From positions 92,662 through 156,661 of the forward strand of contig JAQURC010000004.1 of assembly GCA_028715785.1 (NCBI GenBank): a stretch of 64,000 bases of DNA. The letters are read 5' to 3'. This document shows, piece after piece, positions 10,079 to 19,901 of the stretch. Under the pieces are notes generated by a model. That model saw only the letters and a list, made by a program, of their open reading frames with translations, was not told the DNA's origin and did not search any database. Numbering within the stretch: position 1 is the stretch's first letter; each line of letters begins with the position of its first letter. This DNA is from Candidatus Omnitrophota bacterium. GTDB lineage: Bacteria; Omnitrophota; Gorgyraeia; Gygaellales; Profunditerraquicolaceae. The position numbers and the translations under genes were made by a program.

Positions 10079-10806
10079 TGGAAAAAATATTTTTCCGCGC
10101 AGAATCTTTATATGATGTGTCCACGCATTATTGCCCGGGCTGCGGCCACGGTATTGCCCACCGTTTGGTTGCCGAAGTGATTGATGAATTAGGCGTCCGG
10201 GAAAAGACTATCGGGATAGCCCCGGTAGGCTGTGCCGTAGTGGCTTATGATTACTGGAATTTTGATTGTTCGGAGGCAGCGCACGGCCGGGCACTGGCCG
10301 TGGCCACGGCGATAAAACGGGTGCATCCGCAGAATGTCGTTTTTACCTATCAGGGTGACGGGGACTTAGCGGCTATCGGCACGAATGAAACCATCCACGC
10401 GGCAAACCGCGGAGAAAATTTAACCGTGGTTTTTATCAATAACGCGGTTTATGGTATGACCGGCGGGCAGATGGCCCCCACCACGCTTTTGGGCCAGAAA
10501 ACCTCTACTTCTATCGAAGGCAGGCAAAAGGAAAAGCACGGTTATCCCTTGAAAATTTCTGAAATGCTGGCTTTATTGCCCGGGGTAACTTATGTGGAGA
10601 GGGTTTCCCTGCAATCTCCCCAGGAAGTGTTAAAAGCCAAACGCGCGATTAAACAGGCGTTTGAAAATCAGATCAACAATTTAGGATTTTCTCTGGTGGA
10701 GGTGCTTTCCCCCTGCCCGACTTATTGGGGCCAAAGCCCCAAAGAAGCGTTGGATTGGATCAGGGATGTGATGCAAAAAGAATTTCCTTTAGGAAGGATC
10801 AAATGA
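10078..10806 (+). CDS. 2-oxoacid:ferredoxin oxidoreductase beta subunit (TPP-binding)
   Basis: 242 aa. HYCPGCGHG… GDGD TPP motif. Start overlaps the alpha stop (ATAATGG). Confidence 0.85.
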   Translation: MEKIFFRAESLYDVSTHYCPGCGHGIAHRLVAEVIDELGVREKTIGIAPVGCAVVAYDYWNFDCSEAAHGRALAVATAIKRVHPQNVVFTYQGDGDLAAIGTNETIHAANRGENLTVVFINNAVYGMTGGQMAPTTLLGQKTSTSIEGRQKEKHGYPLKISEMLALLPGVTYVERVSLQSPQEVLKAKRAIKQAFENQINNLGFSLVEVLSPCPTYWGQSPKEALDWIRDVMQKEFPLGRIK

Positions 10807-11339
10807 CCGAGCGCGTAATTATCGCCGGCAGCGGCGGGCAAGGAGTAATGCTTTTGGGCAAGGTTATCGCTGAAGCGGCCATGCGCCAAAATAAGCAGGT
10901 TACTTATTTGCCGGCTTATGGGCCGGAGGTGCGCGGCGGGACCAGCCACTGCATGGTCACGATTTCTGACCGGGAAATCGGCTCTCCTTATGTAACCAAA
11001 GCGGACTCGCTGATAATTTTGAATAATCCTTCTTTGGAAAGGTTTAAGAGCAAGGTTAAAGATGACGGCCTGTTAATCTTGAATTCTTCTTTAGCCAAAA
11101 CTGATGCGTATCTGAAAGTGAAAATACTCCAATTTCCCTTTACGGATATCGCCGTAAAATTAGGCAATATAAAAGTGGCTAATATGGTCGCCTTAGGCTG
11201 TTACCTGGAGGCTAAAAAGATTATCAAGAGCCAAAATATTTTAGAAGTGTTTAAGTTTATGGCTCCGGCGGGTAACCCAAAGATTTTAGAGGTCAATGAA
11301 GCGGCTTTAAGAGAAGGGGGAAAATTATTTCATGGTTAG
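10803..11339 (+). CDS. 2-oxoacid:ferredoxin oxidoreductase gamma subunit
   Basis: MTERVIIAGSGGQGVMLLGKV is a POR gamma domain. ATG at 10803 is chosen over the ORF-track 10725 start because it abuts the beta stop. Confidence 0.8.
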   Translation: MTERVIIAGSGGQGVMLLGKVIAEAAMRQNKQVTYLPAYGPEVRGGTSHCMVTISDREIGSPYVTKADSLIILNNPSLERFKSKVKDDGLLILNSSLAKTDAYLKVKILQFPFTDIAVKLGNIKVANMVALGCYLEAKKIIKSQNILEVFKFMAPAGNPKILEVNEAALREGGKLFHG

Positions 11340-12630
11340 AGTCAGGTTCGCGCCCAGCCCTACGGGAAATTTGCATATCGGCGGAGGCCGCACCGCGCTG
11401 TTTAACTGGCTTTTTGCCCAGTCGCAAAACGGTAAATTCATTTTAAGGATTGAAGATACGGATAAGGAGCGCTCCAAGAAGGAGTTTGTCGAGGAGATAC
11501 TTTACAGCCTTAAATGGCTGGGTTTTAATTGGGATGAGCTTTACTATCAGAGCCAGCGTTTTGACCGGTACCGGGCCCACGCGGATAAGTTATTAAAATC
11601 CGGTTTAGCCTATATTGAAAAATCTCCCGAAGGCAAAGAAGCGATAATCTACAAAGTACCCGCGCAAAAAATAAAAGTAAACGATCTAATCCGCGGCCAG
11701 ATCGAGTTCGATTCCAGCCTGATCAAGGATCAGGTATTGATTAAATCCGACGGTACTCCTACCTATAATTTCGCCTGCGTGGTGGATGACGCACAGATGA
11801 ATATTACCCATATTATCCGGGGGGATGACCATATTTCCAATACCCCAAAACAGGTGCTTCTTTATGAGGCCTTAGGATTTGGTTTGCCGCTTTTTGCGCA
11901 CCTTCCTTTGATTATGGGGGTAGACGGAGGCAGGCTTTCTAAAAGGACCGGGGCAACCGCCATTAGTGATTACCGCAAGATGGGCTATTTGTCCGAGGCG
12001 CTCTTAAATTATCTTCTGCTGCTTAGTTGGGCTCCGGGTGATAACCGCGAGTTAGTCAGCATGCCGGAGGCGGTAAAATTATTCGACATAAAAAACGTGA
12101 ATAAAACCGCGGCCACTTTTGATTTAAAAAAATTGGACTGGATAAATAACCAGTATCTTAAGAATGCCGATCCGGAAAAATTGGCCGATGAACTTATCCC
12201 GCTTCTTGAGGCAAAGAATTATATCCCTAAAGATAATTTTGACCGCTCCTACCTTTTGAGCCTGGTAAAATTATTCCAGGCCAGGCTTCCCCGGCTGAAT
12301 GACTTTGTGGAATGGGCGGATTTTTTCTTTGTTGACCAGCCGGTAATGGATGAGACGGCGGTAAAAAAATATTTAGCCTCTGATTTGTCAAAGGAGTTTA
12401 AGCTTTTCGCGCAAAGGCTGGATAATCTGGCCGCCTTTGATGTGGTTAATATTGAAACCAGCTTCCGGGAGCTAGTGTCAGAGTTGGGTATCGAAGCCAA
12501 AAAGTTGATCCATCCGATTCGTGTTGCTTTGACCGGAAAAACTATCGGCCCGGGCTTATTCGAAGTAATTTATTATCTGGGTAAAGAAAAAAGCATAAAA
12601 AGGCTGTTAAAATGGGTAAAAGAGGCGTAA
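11332..12630 (+). CDS. gltX: Glutamyl-tRNA synthetase
   Basis: 432 aa. RFAPSPTGNLHIGGGRTALFNW (HIGH motif) and LSKR (KMSKS variant). Confidence 0.9.
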   Translation: MVRVRFAPSPTGNLHIGGGRTALFNWLFAQSQNGKFILRIEDTDKERSKKEFVEEILYSLKWLGFNWDELYYQSQRFDRYRAHADKLLKSGLAYIEKSPEGKEAIIYKVPAQKIKVNDLIRGQIEFDSSLIKDQVLIKSDGTPTYNFACVVDDAQMNITHIIRGDDHISNTPKQVLLYEALGFGLPLFAHLPLIMGVDGGRLSKRTGATAISDYRKMGYLSEALLNYLLLLSWAPGDNRELVSMPEAVKLFDIKNVNKTAATFDLKKLDWINNQYLKNADPEKLADELIPLLEAKNYIPKDNFDRSYLLSLVKLFQARLPRLNDFVEWADFFFVDQPVMDETAVKKYLASDLSKEFKLFAQRLDNLAAFDVVNIETSFRELVSELGIEAKKLIHPIRVALTGKTIGPGLFEVIYYLGKEKSIKRLLKWVKEA

Positions 12631-12826
12631 AAAAGTAATTTTTGCCCCCCTTGAAATTGGTAGTGGATTTATGTTATATTTAAGTAGACAGTTTAGTCAA
12701 AGGCAAGGGGTAAACTACCAGCGGGCAGGCAATGCCCAGGAATAAAAGCCAAGAAAATTTCCCCTTGCCTTTTTATTTTTATGCTATTATATTAATATCT
12801 AAACTGCATGTAAAAAGGGGGAAATA
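12631..12826 (+). other. Structured intergenic region after gltX; possible sRNA/leader ending in a terminator-like element
   Basis: AAAGGCAAGGGG (about 12700) pairs with CCCCTTGCC followed by TTTTTATTTTT (about 12760-12780). The loop contains a nested GGGCAGGCAATGCCC hairpin. Confidence 0.35.
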
Positions 12827-13066
12827 ATGGTAAAGAGGTTTTTTCTGCCGGCCATTCTTTTTATCTTTGTTTTTTTAACCAGTGGTTGCACTGTGGTCAG
12901 AGGCACGACCGGTGCTATCGGAGGATTGACCACAGGCGCGCTAGAAGGAGGCAGAGAAGGATTTAAGGAAGATGTCGAGGCGATCAACAAGGCCAACCGT
13001 TGGGTAGAAGAGAATCAGGGGTTTCTCAGCAGAGCTGACAATTGGGTAAAAGATAACCTTTGGTAG
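12827..13066 (+). CDS. Small lipoprotein (hypothetical)
   Basis: 79 aa. Lipobox-like signal (FIFVFLTSGC). GGAAATAATG SD. Confidence 0.5.
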   Translation: MVKRFFLPAILFIFVFLTSGCTVVRGTTGAIGGLTTGALEGGREGFKEDVEAINKANRWVEENQGFLSRADNWVKDNLW

Positions 13067-13101
13067 CATCTTAAGAGGTAAATATAAATAAAAGGGAAAA
13101 A

Positions 13102-13136
13102 GGGGCGTTTCTCCGCAAGGAACGCCCTGTTTTATT
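13102..13136 (+). terminator. Rho-independent terminator
   Basis: GGGGCGTTTCTCCGCAAGGAACGCCCTGTTTTATTG is a GC stem followed by a U-run. Confidence 0.7.
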
Positions 13137-13196
13137 GTAATTTCCAAAACATTTGCTTGATTTAGCTTTTTATCCACGGTATACTTTTTAACACAT

Positions 13197-13267
13197 TGCC
13201 CTGTCGTCTAATGGTAGGACACAAGATTCTGGATCTTGTTATCATGGTTCGAGTCCATGCGGGGCAG
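13197..13267 (+). tRNA. tRNA-Gln (anticodon CTG)
   Basis: Hand-folded cloverleaf. Acceptor TGCCCTG/CGGGGCA (U1-A72), anticodon stem CAAGA/TCTTG, loop TTCTGGA, T-arm CATGG-TTCGAGT-CCATG. No encoded CCA. Confidence 0.8.
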
Positions 13268-13305
13268 TTTTGATATTCTGACATTTCATAAATGTTGGGT
13301 AAAAA

Positions 13306-13728
13306 ATGGCCAAGACACAGGAAATCGAGAAGATCAGCAAGAAATCAAGATTTTCAAGCGCTTTTAAAGATTTAGCCGCCTTAGCCTTCATTGTCATTGT
13401 TACCTTGGGACTTTCGTATTTCTTCAATGTATTTATATTCCTGGTAGAGTTTTTTCAAAAACATCCCCGTTCGATAACCTGGATAGATGAAATTGTCACA
13501 GGCTTTTTAGTTTTAAGCATTGGTTTCGCGGTTTTCTCCTGGCGCAGATGGCGGGAGCTAAAAAAGGAAACTACTGAACGCTTAAGATTGCAAAAAGAGC
13601 TCATCAAAATTGCCGAGACAAAAGCAGAAACCGAAAGAATTATCTGTAAGCAGCTTAAGTGCGATATTGAAGTGTATAAAAAGATCGAAGAGGATATTTT
13701 ATCCCGCCGGGCTAAAGCAAATGGATGA
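13306..13728 (+). CDS. Small membrane protein (two predicted TM helices), hypothetical
   Basis: 140 aa, hydrophobic stretches then a charged coiled-coil tail. Its stop overlaps the next gene start (ATGGATGA). Confidence 0.45.
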   Translation: MAKTQEIEKISKKSRFSSAFKDLAALAFIVIVTLGLSYFFNVFIFLVEFFQKHPRSITWIDEIVTGFLVLSIGFAVFSWRRWRELKKETTERLRLQKELIKIAETKAETERIICKQLKCDIEVYKKIEEDILSRRAKANG

Positions 13729-15436
13729 AGGGATTACGATAAAAATTGCCGGCCAGGCCGGCCAGGGGATCCAAACAATAGGGGCGGCGCTTTGCAATAT
13801 CTTTAAAAGAAGCGGGCTCCATATTTTTGCCAGCCAGGACTATATGTCCAGGATCCGCGGCGGAAATAATTTTTTTCAGCTAAGGGTCTCCGGCAAGCCA
13901 ATTTCTACTTTGCGTCAAAAATCAGACATAACGGCAGCTTTGGATAAAGAAAGCGTGCAATTGCACCGCAATGATGTTGCCAGCGGCGGAATTATTGTTT
14001 TTGATAAGGCTAAATTTAATTTTTCCGGGCAAGACAACCTGCTTTTTGATGTCCCATTCTATAGTTTAGCCAATGCTATCGGGGAGAGTGATATTTTTAT
14101 CAATTCCGTTTGTTGCGGAGCAGTGGCCGGCTTGGCGCGGATAAACCCGGATTACCTTGAGCTGGTAATAAGGGATTTATTCGCGGAGAAAGACGAGGAA
14201 ATTATCAGTAAGAACGTGAAAGCGGCCCAAGCTGGTTATAATTTTGCCAGGGATAACTTCAAGGATGATAAATTCAAGGTAGCACCAGCGCCAGCCGGGA
14301 AAAACTTATTAATGAATGGCAATGACGCAATTGCTCTTGGGGCAATCAGGGCAGGTTGTAAATTTTATTCGGCCTATCCGATGAGCCCTTCGACCGGCAT
14401 TATGAACGTAGTTGCCCATTATGCAAACAGGTTTAATATTATAGTTGAGCAGGCAGAGGATGAAATTGCCGCTATTAATATGGTTATCGGCGCCTCATTT
14501 GCCGGAGCCCGCTCAATGACCGCTACTTCCGGAGGAGGCCTGGCATTGATGGTTGAGGGATTAAGCCTTGCCGCAATGACCGAAACCCCCGTTGTTGTCG
14601 TTGATGCCCAGCGTCCGGCTCCGGCTACCGGATTCCCCACGCGTACCGAACAAGCGGATTTAAATTTCCTTATTCACGCCGGCCACGGTGAGTTTGCTAA
14701 AGTAATATATGCTCCCGGCACTATCCAGGAGGCTTTTTATCTGACAGTCAAAGCGTTTAATATCGCGGAAAAATACCAGATTCCGGTTTTGATCATGACC
14801 GACCAGCACCTGGCTGATTCCCTGCAGGATATTGAGGGATTCGATTTAAATAAAGCCGGCGTGCGAAGGTTTATTATATCAAAAGAGGATTCTAAGAAAA
14901 TATCCGGTTATAAAAGATACCAGTTAACCGACTCCGGGATATCCCCGCGGGCTATACCTTCCTGGATTGAAGATGTTATTTATGCCGACAGCGATGAGCA
15001 TAATGAGGAGGGGCATATTACCGAAGAAGCTCAAATGCGCATACAAATGGTGAAGAAAAGATTTTATAGAAAAATGGCCGGGCTTGCGCAGGAGACAGAG
15101 AAGCCGACTGTATATAACGCAGAGAAGGCGCAAACTCTCCTGCTGGGGTTTGGTTCAACCTATGGCGTATTAAAAGAAACCTGTGAAGTTCTGGGTAAAG
15201 ATTTCGGGTTTGTGCATTTATCGCAAGTATGGCCATTCCCCAGTTTGGAATTAAGCCCGTTGTTAAAAAACAAAAAGAATGTTTTAACCGTAGAAAATAA
15301 CGCAGGCTCCCAGCTTGCCGGGCTGTTGATGCGGGAAACCGGCATTAAGGCCAACCGCTCCATATTGCGCTATGATGGAAGGCCCTTTAATCCGGACTAT
15401 CTTATTGAACAAATAAAGGCCGAACAAATAAAATAA
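13721..15436 (+). CDS. 2-oxoacid:ferredoxin oxidoreductase, fused gamma-alpha subunit (KorA-like, two-subunit type)
   Basis: N-terminal POR-gamma domain (ITIKIAGQAGQGIQTIGAAL) followed by an alpha domain (NGNDAIALGAIRAGCKFYSAYPMSPSTG…AEDEIAAINMVIGASFAGARSMTATSGGG). ATG 13721 is chosen over the 13610 ORF start, which overlaps the upstream gene. Confidence 0.8.
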   Translation: MDEGITIKIAGQAGQGIQTIGAALCNIFKRSGLHIFASQDYMSRIRGGNNFFQLRVSGKPISTLRQKSDITAALDKESVQLHRNDVASGGIIVFDKAKFNFSGQDNLLFDVPFYSLANAIGESDIFINSVCCGAVAGLARINPDYLELVIRDLFAEKDEEIISKNVKAAQAGYNFARDNFKDDKFKVAPAPAGKNLLMNGNDAIALGAIRAGCKFYSAYPMSPSTGIMNVVAHYANRFNIIVEQAEDEIAAINMVIGASFAGARSMTATSGGGLALMVEGLSLAAMTETPVVVVDAQRPAPATGFPTRTEQADLNFLIHAGHGEFAKVIYAPGTIQEAFYLTVKAFNIAEKYQIPVLIMTDQHLADSLQDIEGFDLNKAGVRRFIISKEDSKKISGYKRYQLTDSGISPRAIPSWIEDVIYADSDEHNEEGHITEEAQMRIQMVKKRFYRKMAGLAQETEKPTVYNAEKAQTLLLGFGSTYGVLKETCEVLGKDFGFVHLSQVWPFPSLELSPLLKNKKNVLTVENNAGSQLAGLLMRETGIKANRSILRYDGRPFNPDYLIEQIKAEQIK

Positions 15437-15449
15437 ACGCAAAAAATCA

Positions 15450-16307
15450 ATGAATATAAACGACTTAAAGAGTAATGATGAAATCGCCTGGTGCCCCGGC
15501 TGCGGGGATTTCGGAATTTTAAATGCCTGTAAAAAAGCCCTGGTTGCTATTGATAGACAGCCCAAGGATATTTTATTTGTCTCCGGGATCGGCCAGGCAG
15601 CCAAGCTTCCGCATTATATAAGGTGCAATTGTTTTAACGGCCTCCACGGCCGGGCGCTGCCTGCTGCCGTCGGCGCAAAGATTGCCAACCATAATTTAAC
15701 CGTAATTGTTACTACCGGAGACGGGGATTGTTACGGCGAAGGAGGCAACCATCTCCTGCATAATATCCGCAGGAATGTGGATATAACCGTTATTGTTTGC
15801 AATAATCAAATTTACGGCCTGACTAAGGGGCAGGCTTCACCGACTACGGACCTAGGATATGAAACCAAGGTTCAGGTTGATGGCGTAATCTTGGAACCTT
15901 TGCATCCGCTGGAGATGGCGATTGCCTTAGGCTGCGGATTCGTTGCCCGGGGATATTCAGCCGATTCCGAGCACCTTTCCTGGCTGATAACCGAAGGGAT
16001 AAAACATAAAGGGTTTTCCTTAATTGACGTATTACAGCCTTGCGTTAGCTTTAATAAAAAAAATACTTATGAATGGTATGCCAAGCGGGTATATAAAGTA
16101 AATGCCGATGCCTCATATAACCCCCAGGATAAGGCCGCTGCATATCAAAAAGCGGCAGAGTGGGGGGAGAGGATCCCGATTGGTTTAATTTATCGGCAGG
16201 AAAAAAAGACATATGAAGATAGAAGGGGTTTAAATGAAAGCAATCTTTTGATCGACGAAGATATCAAAGATATGGATATCCGTAAGGAGCTTGGAGAATT
16301 TTTCTAA
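15450..16307 (+). CDS. 2-oxoacid:ferredoxin oxidoreductase beta subunit (KorB-like)
   Basis: 285 aa. WCPGCGDFG, GDGD and GLTKGQASPTT TPP-binding region. Confidence 0.85.
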   Translation: MNINDLKSNDEIAWCPGCGDFGILNACKKALVAIDRQPKDILFVSGIGQAAKLPHYIRCNCFNGLHGRALPAAVGAKIANHNLTVIVTTGDGDCYGEGGNHLLHNIRRNVDITVIVCNNQIYGLTKGQASPTTDLGYETKVQVDGVILEPLHPLEMAIALGCGFVARGYSADSEHLSWLITEGIKHKGFSLIDVLQPCVSFNKKNTYEWYAKRVYKVNADASYNPQDKAAAYQKAAEWGERIPIGLIYRQEKKTYEDRRGLNESNLLIDEDIKDMDIRKELGEFF

Positions 16308-16312
16308 AAGCC

Positions 16313-17236
16313 ATGAAAATAAAAACAACTCTTTTATTCATTTTCTTTATTGTTTTTGGGATAGCCCTATTCTTTTCATATAAGATATATGAAAAAAACC
16401 TGGCCATCAGCAGAGAGCAGCGTGTTCTAAATAAGAAAAAAGAAGGGTGGCTGCGCCTGAAGAATACCCTGGGGAACAAAATCGGGAATTTTAAAGGCAA
16501 AGTCGGTTTAGTGGTCGAAGATTTAAGCACAGGCTGGGTAATCTCGTTTAATGAGGATACTTTGGTCCCTTCGGCAAGCTTGGTCAAGGTCCCCATCCTG
16601 CTTTCTTATTTTTATGCCGCCCAGGAAAACAAAGTCAACCTTAAAGACAATATAAAACTTAGGTCTTTTGAGAGGGTGCCCCGTTCAAAGGTGCCGGGGA
16701 GATCCCCCGCCGGTTCTCGATTTATGGTGGAAGAATTGTTTGATCCCATGATCACCGTAAGCGATAACGCTGCCGCCAACGCGTTGATAGATTTATTGGG
16801 GTTTGATACCCTGAATGCATATTTTAAGAAAATGGGATTAAAAAATACTAATATTGTCCGCAATATGCTGGATTTTAGAAGCAGAAGAAACGGCCAGGAA
16901 AATTATACTACTGCCGCCGATATGGCATATATATTGGAAAAGCTTTACCGCCGGCAGTTTTTAAATCAAGAAGTATCCGAGAAGTGCCTCATCCTGTTAA
17001 ATCAACAGAAGGTCAATGACCGCATCCCCAGGGAGCTTCCTAAGGATGAGGTTTCTGTCGCGCATAAGACGGGCCTGGAAAGGCATATTTGCCATGATGC
17101 GGGAATAGTGTATACCCAGAAAGGTAATTTTTTGATCTGTGTCCTGGTAAAACACCCGAACAGGCGCGCCTTACCCGCCAAGAAGCTGATTTCCGATATC
17201 GCATTATCCACCTATAATTACTATAAAAACCTTTAA
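16313..17236 (+). CDS. Class A beta-lactamase-fold serine hydrolase, membrane-anchored
   Basis: 307 aa. N-terminal TM. SxxK (SASLVK), SDN (VSDNAAAN) and KTG (HKTGL) motifs are all present. Confidence 0.7.
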   Translation: MKIKTTLLFIFFIVFGIALFFSYKIYEKNLAISREQRVLNKKKEGWLRLKNTLGNKIGNFKGKVGLVVEDLSTGWVISFNEDTLVPSASLVKVPILLSYFYAAQENKVNLKDNIKLRSFERVPRSKVPGRSPAGSRFMVEELFDPMITVSDNAAANALIDLLGFDTLNAYFKKMGLKNTNIVRNMLDFRSRRNGQENYTTAADMAYILEKLYRRQFLNQEVSEKCLILLNQQKVNDRIPRELPKDEVSVAHKTGLERHICHDAGIVYTQKGNFLICVLVKHPNRRALPAKKLISDIALSTYNYYKNL

Positions 17237-17250
17237 TTAATTTTTTCTCA

Positions 17251-17278
17251 TTGACAAAGCAATGCTTGGCCTTAAAAT
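17251..17278 (+). promoter_or_regulatory. Sigma70-like promoter upstream of the P-type ATPase
   Basis: TTGACA, 16-nt spacer, TAAAAT. Confidence 0.45.
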
Positions 17279-17319
17279 GAAAAAGAGGGCCGGGTTTTGC
17301 TTTTTTATACGGAGATTGA

Positions 17320-19875
17320 ATGGTAATTAAGGAAGAAGAGTTAAAAAATATTCAAGGCCTTACCGAGAAACAGGCCTTAGAGAGCATTAAAAAATACGGC
17401 TATAATGAGATTCCCTATCAGAAAAAGCGCAGTATTTTTGTAATATTCTTCAGCGTGGTAAAAGAACCCATGCTGCTTCTCTTAATCGGAAGCGGGCTGA
17501 TTTATCTATTTTTAGGCGAACCAAAAGACGCCTTGATGCTGCTTTCCTTTGTATTCGTCGTGGTGGGTATTACCTTCTATCAGGAGAGAAAAACCGAAAG
17601 GACCTTGGAGGCCTTGCGGGATCTTTCCAGCCCAAGAGCTTTGGTTATCCGCGGCGGGATCCGCAGGAGAATCGCCGGAGGCCAGGTAGCCAAGGACGAC
17701 ATCATCATTCTTCAAGAAGGCGACCGCGTGCCTGCCGACGCCGCGATCATATCCTGTTCTAATTTATCGGTAGATGAATCTTTGTTGACCGGGGAATCGC
17801 TGGCTGTGCGTAAATGTGAATGGGACGGGCAAGTCAGCAGTAAAAGGCCCGGCGGCGACGACCTTCCCTTTGTCTATTCGGGAACCTTAGTTGTGCATGG
17901 ACGGGGTCTGGCAAAAGTCAGCTCTATCGGGGCACATACTGAAATGGGTAAAATCGGCCACGCCCTCCGGGGTATTCGTCAAGAGAACACCTTATTGCAA
18001 AAAGAAATAGGAAAGATCGTGCGTAATTTTTCTATTGCCGGAGCGATACTTTGTTTATTGGTAATCCTGCTTTACGGCTTGACCCATGGGAATTGGTTAA
18101 ATGGGATTCTTTCCGGTTTAACCCTGAGCATGGCGATGCTGCCAGAAGAGTTTCCGGTAGTCTTAATCATCTTCCTTACTTTGGGCGCCTGGAGGATTTC
18201 CAAAAGCCAGGTCTTGACCAGGCGTACCCCGGCCATCGAAACCCTGGGGGCAGCCACGGTTTTGTGCACGGATAAAACCGGAACGCTTACTCTCAATGCT
18301 ATGCGTTTGACTGCTTTGTGCGTTAATGGCGTGCATTACGATGTCGGCGTTAAGAAACCTGAGGGCTTGCCGGAAGCAGTGCATAACCTTATGGAGTATG
18401 CTATTTTGGCCAGCCAAAAAGACCCTTTTGACCCGATAGAAAAGGAAGTAAAACGCCTGGGCGAGCTTTATCTGTCGGGTTCCGAACATATCCATAATAA
18501 CTGGAAAATCATCAAGGAGTATCCTTTATCCAAGGAGCAGCTGGCTTTATCTCATGTTTGGGAATCTCCGGATAAACAAAATTATATTATTGCCGCCAAA
18601 GGGTCTCCGGAGGCGATCGCCGACCTTTGCCATCTTAATCAAGAACAATATGCTCAATTAGTTAAATGTGTCGAGGAGATGGCTGCCCGGGGATTGCGTA
18701 TTTTAGGGGTAGCCAGGGCATCTTTTAGAAAAAAAGAACTCCCGGATTTACAGCATGATTTCATATTTGATCCGGTGGGTTTACTGGGATTCATCGATCC
18801 GGTGCGGCCGGCCGTTTCTTCTGCTATCAAGGAAGCCCACGGTGCAGGTATGCGCGTGATTATGGTTACCGGAGATTATCCGGGTACCGCTATCCACATC
18901 GCCAGAGAAATCGGTTTAAAAAACCCCGAGACTTATATAACCGGGCAGGAGCTGGAGGAGATGGACCAGCTTGCGCTCAGGGAAAAGATAAAAACAGTGA
19001 ATATCTTTGCCCGGGTGGTCCCTGAGCAAAAGTTGCTTATTATTAACGCCTTGAAAGCTAACCGGGCGATTGTAGCCATGACCGGAGACGGGGTTAATGA
19101 TGCTGCGGCCTTGAAATCGGCAGATATCGGTATTGCTATGGGGGAACGGGGCACGGATGTGGCTCGAGAGGCATCGGCATTGGTATTGCTTAATGATGAT
19201 TTTTCATCGATTGTGCAGGCGGTCAAACTCGGCAGGAGGATTTTTGATAACCTGAAGAAAGCCATCGCCTATATTTTTGCCATACATGTGCCGATTGCCG
19301 GGATGTCATTTTTACCGGTTTTGTTTAATTTACCGATCGTGCTTTTGCCTGCGCACATCGCTTTTTTGGAATTGATTATCGATCCGGCCTGCTCCACTGT
19401 TTTTGAGGCCTGTCCCGATGAGAATAATATCATGAACAGGCCGCCGCGGAACTTGAACGAATCCTTATTCAGTAAAAAAGCGTTTATTTTCAGCTTGTTG
19501 CAGGGCGTAGGCGTATTAACAGTAGTGTTTTTGGTATTCATGCTGGCATTATATCTTAAGAAGGGGGAACTGGAGGCGCGCACATTGTCTTTTGCCACCC
19601 TGGTGTTTGCCAATATAATGTTAATTATAACCAATCTTTCCTGGTCTAAAAACCTGACCGGCATTCTTAGGGCAAAGAATAAAGCCTTGTGGGTGGTAGT
19701 GTTGCTGGCAGTAAGCGCGCTTTTTTTGGTTATTTATCTTCCGGTATTGCGCGGCCTTTTTCATTTTTCAATTTTATCCCCCTCGGATTTATTGATTACT
19801 TTGGCCAGCGGAGTGGTGAGTTTATTATGGTTTGAAGGTTTTAAGGCGTTGAATAAGAAAAGGATTCCGCTATAA
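17320..19875 (+). CDS. Cation-transporting P-type ATPase (Ca2+/Mg2+ type, P2)
   Basis: 851 aa. DKTGTLT phosphorylation site, TGDGVNDAAAL hinge, about 10 TM segments. Confidence 0.9.
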   Translation: MVIKEEELKNIQGLTEKQALESIKKYGYNEIPYQKKRSIFVIFFSVVKEPMLLLLIGSGLIYLFLGEPKDALMLLSFVFVVVGITFYQERKTERTLEALRDLSSPRALVIRGGIRRRIAGGQVAKDDIIILQEGDRVPADAAIISCSNLSVDESLLTGESLAVRKCEWDGQVSSKRPGGDDLPFVYSGTLVVHGRGLAKVSSIGAHTEMGKIGHALRGIRQENTLLQKEIGKIVRNFSIAGAILCLLVILLYGLTHGNWLNGILSGLTLSMAMLPEEFPVVLIIFLTLGAWRISKSQVLTRRTPAIETLGAATVLCTDKTGTLTLNAMRLTALCVNGVHYDVGVKKPEGLPEAVHNLMEYAILASQKDPFDPIEKEVKRLGELYLSGSEHIHNNWKIIKEYPLSKEQLALSHVWESPDKQNYIIAAKGSPEAIADLCHLNQEQYAQLVKCVEEMAARGLRILGVARASFRKKELPDLQHDFIFDPVGLLGFIDPVRPAVSSAIKEAHGAGMRVIMVTGDYPGTAIHIAREIGLKNPETYITGQELEEMDQLALREKIKTVNIFARVVPEQKLLIINALKANRAIVAMTGDGVNDAAALKSADIGIAMGERGTDVAREASALVLLNDDFSSIVQAVKLGRRIFDNLKKAIAYIFAIHVPIAGMSFLPVLFNLPIVLLPAHIAFLELIIDPACSTVFEACPDENNIMNRPPRNLNESLFSKKAFIFSLLQGVGVLTVVFLVFMLALYLKKGELEARTLSFATLVFANIMLIITNLSWSKNLTGILRAKNKALWVVVLLAVSALFLVIYLPVLRGLFHFSILSPSDLLITLASGVVSLLWFEGFKALNKKRIPL

Positions 19876-19901
19876 CTTGATAAAGAAAGAATGACAGCAT
19901 A

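Noticed and set aside
11332-12630. gltX product of only 432 aa: a possible truncated GluRS or GluQRS paralog
   Set aside because: HIGH and KMSKS-like motifs and a C-terminal region of about 120 aa after the catalytic core are present. The length is within the range of compact GluRS. The feature call stands at confidence 0.9, the same as the other housekeeping genes.
13610-13720. ORF-track start at 13610 for the fused gamma-alpha OFOR subunit
   Set aside because: The N-terminal 37 aa overlap the upstream membrane-protein gene and are not part of the POR-gamma domain. ATG 13721 abuts the upstream stop with classic ATGGATGA coupling.
17512-19664. Minus-strand ORFs inside the P-type ATPase gene (67-131 aa)
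   Set aside because: They are antisense to a gene carrying all canonical P-type ATPase motifs, and show no motifs or translational signals of their own.
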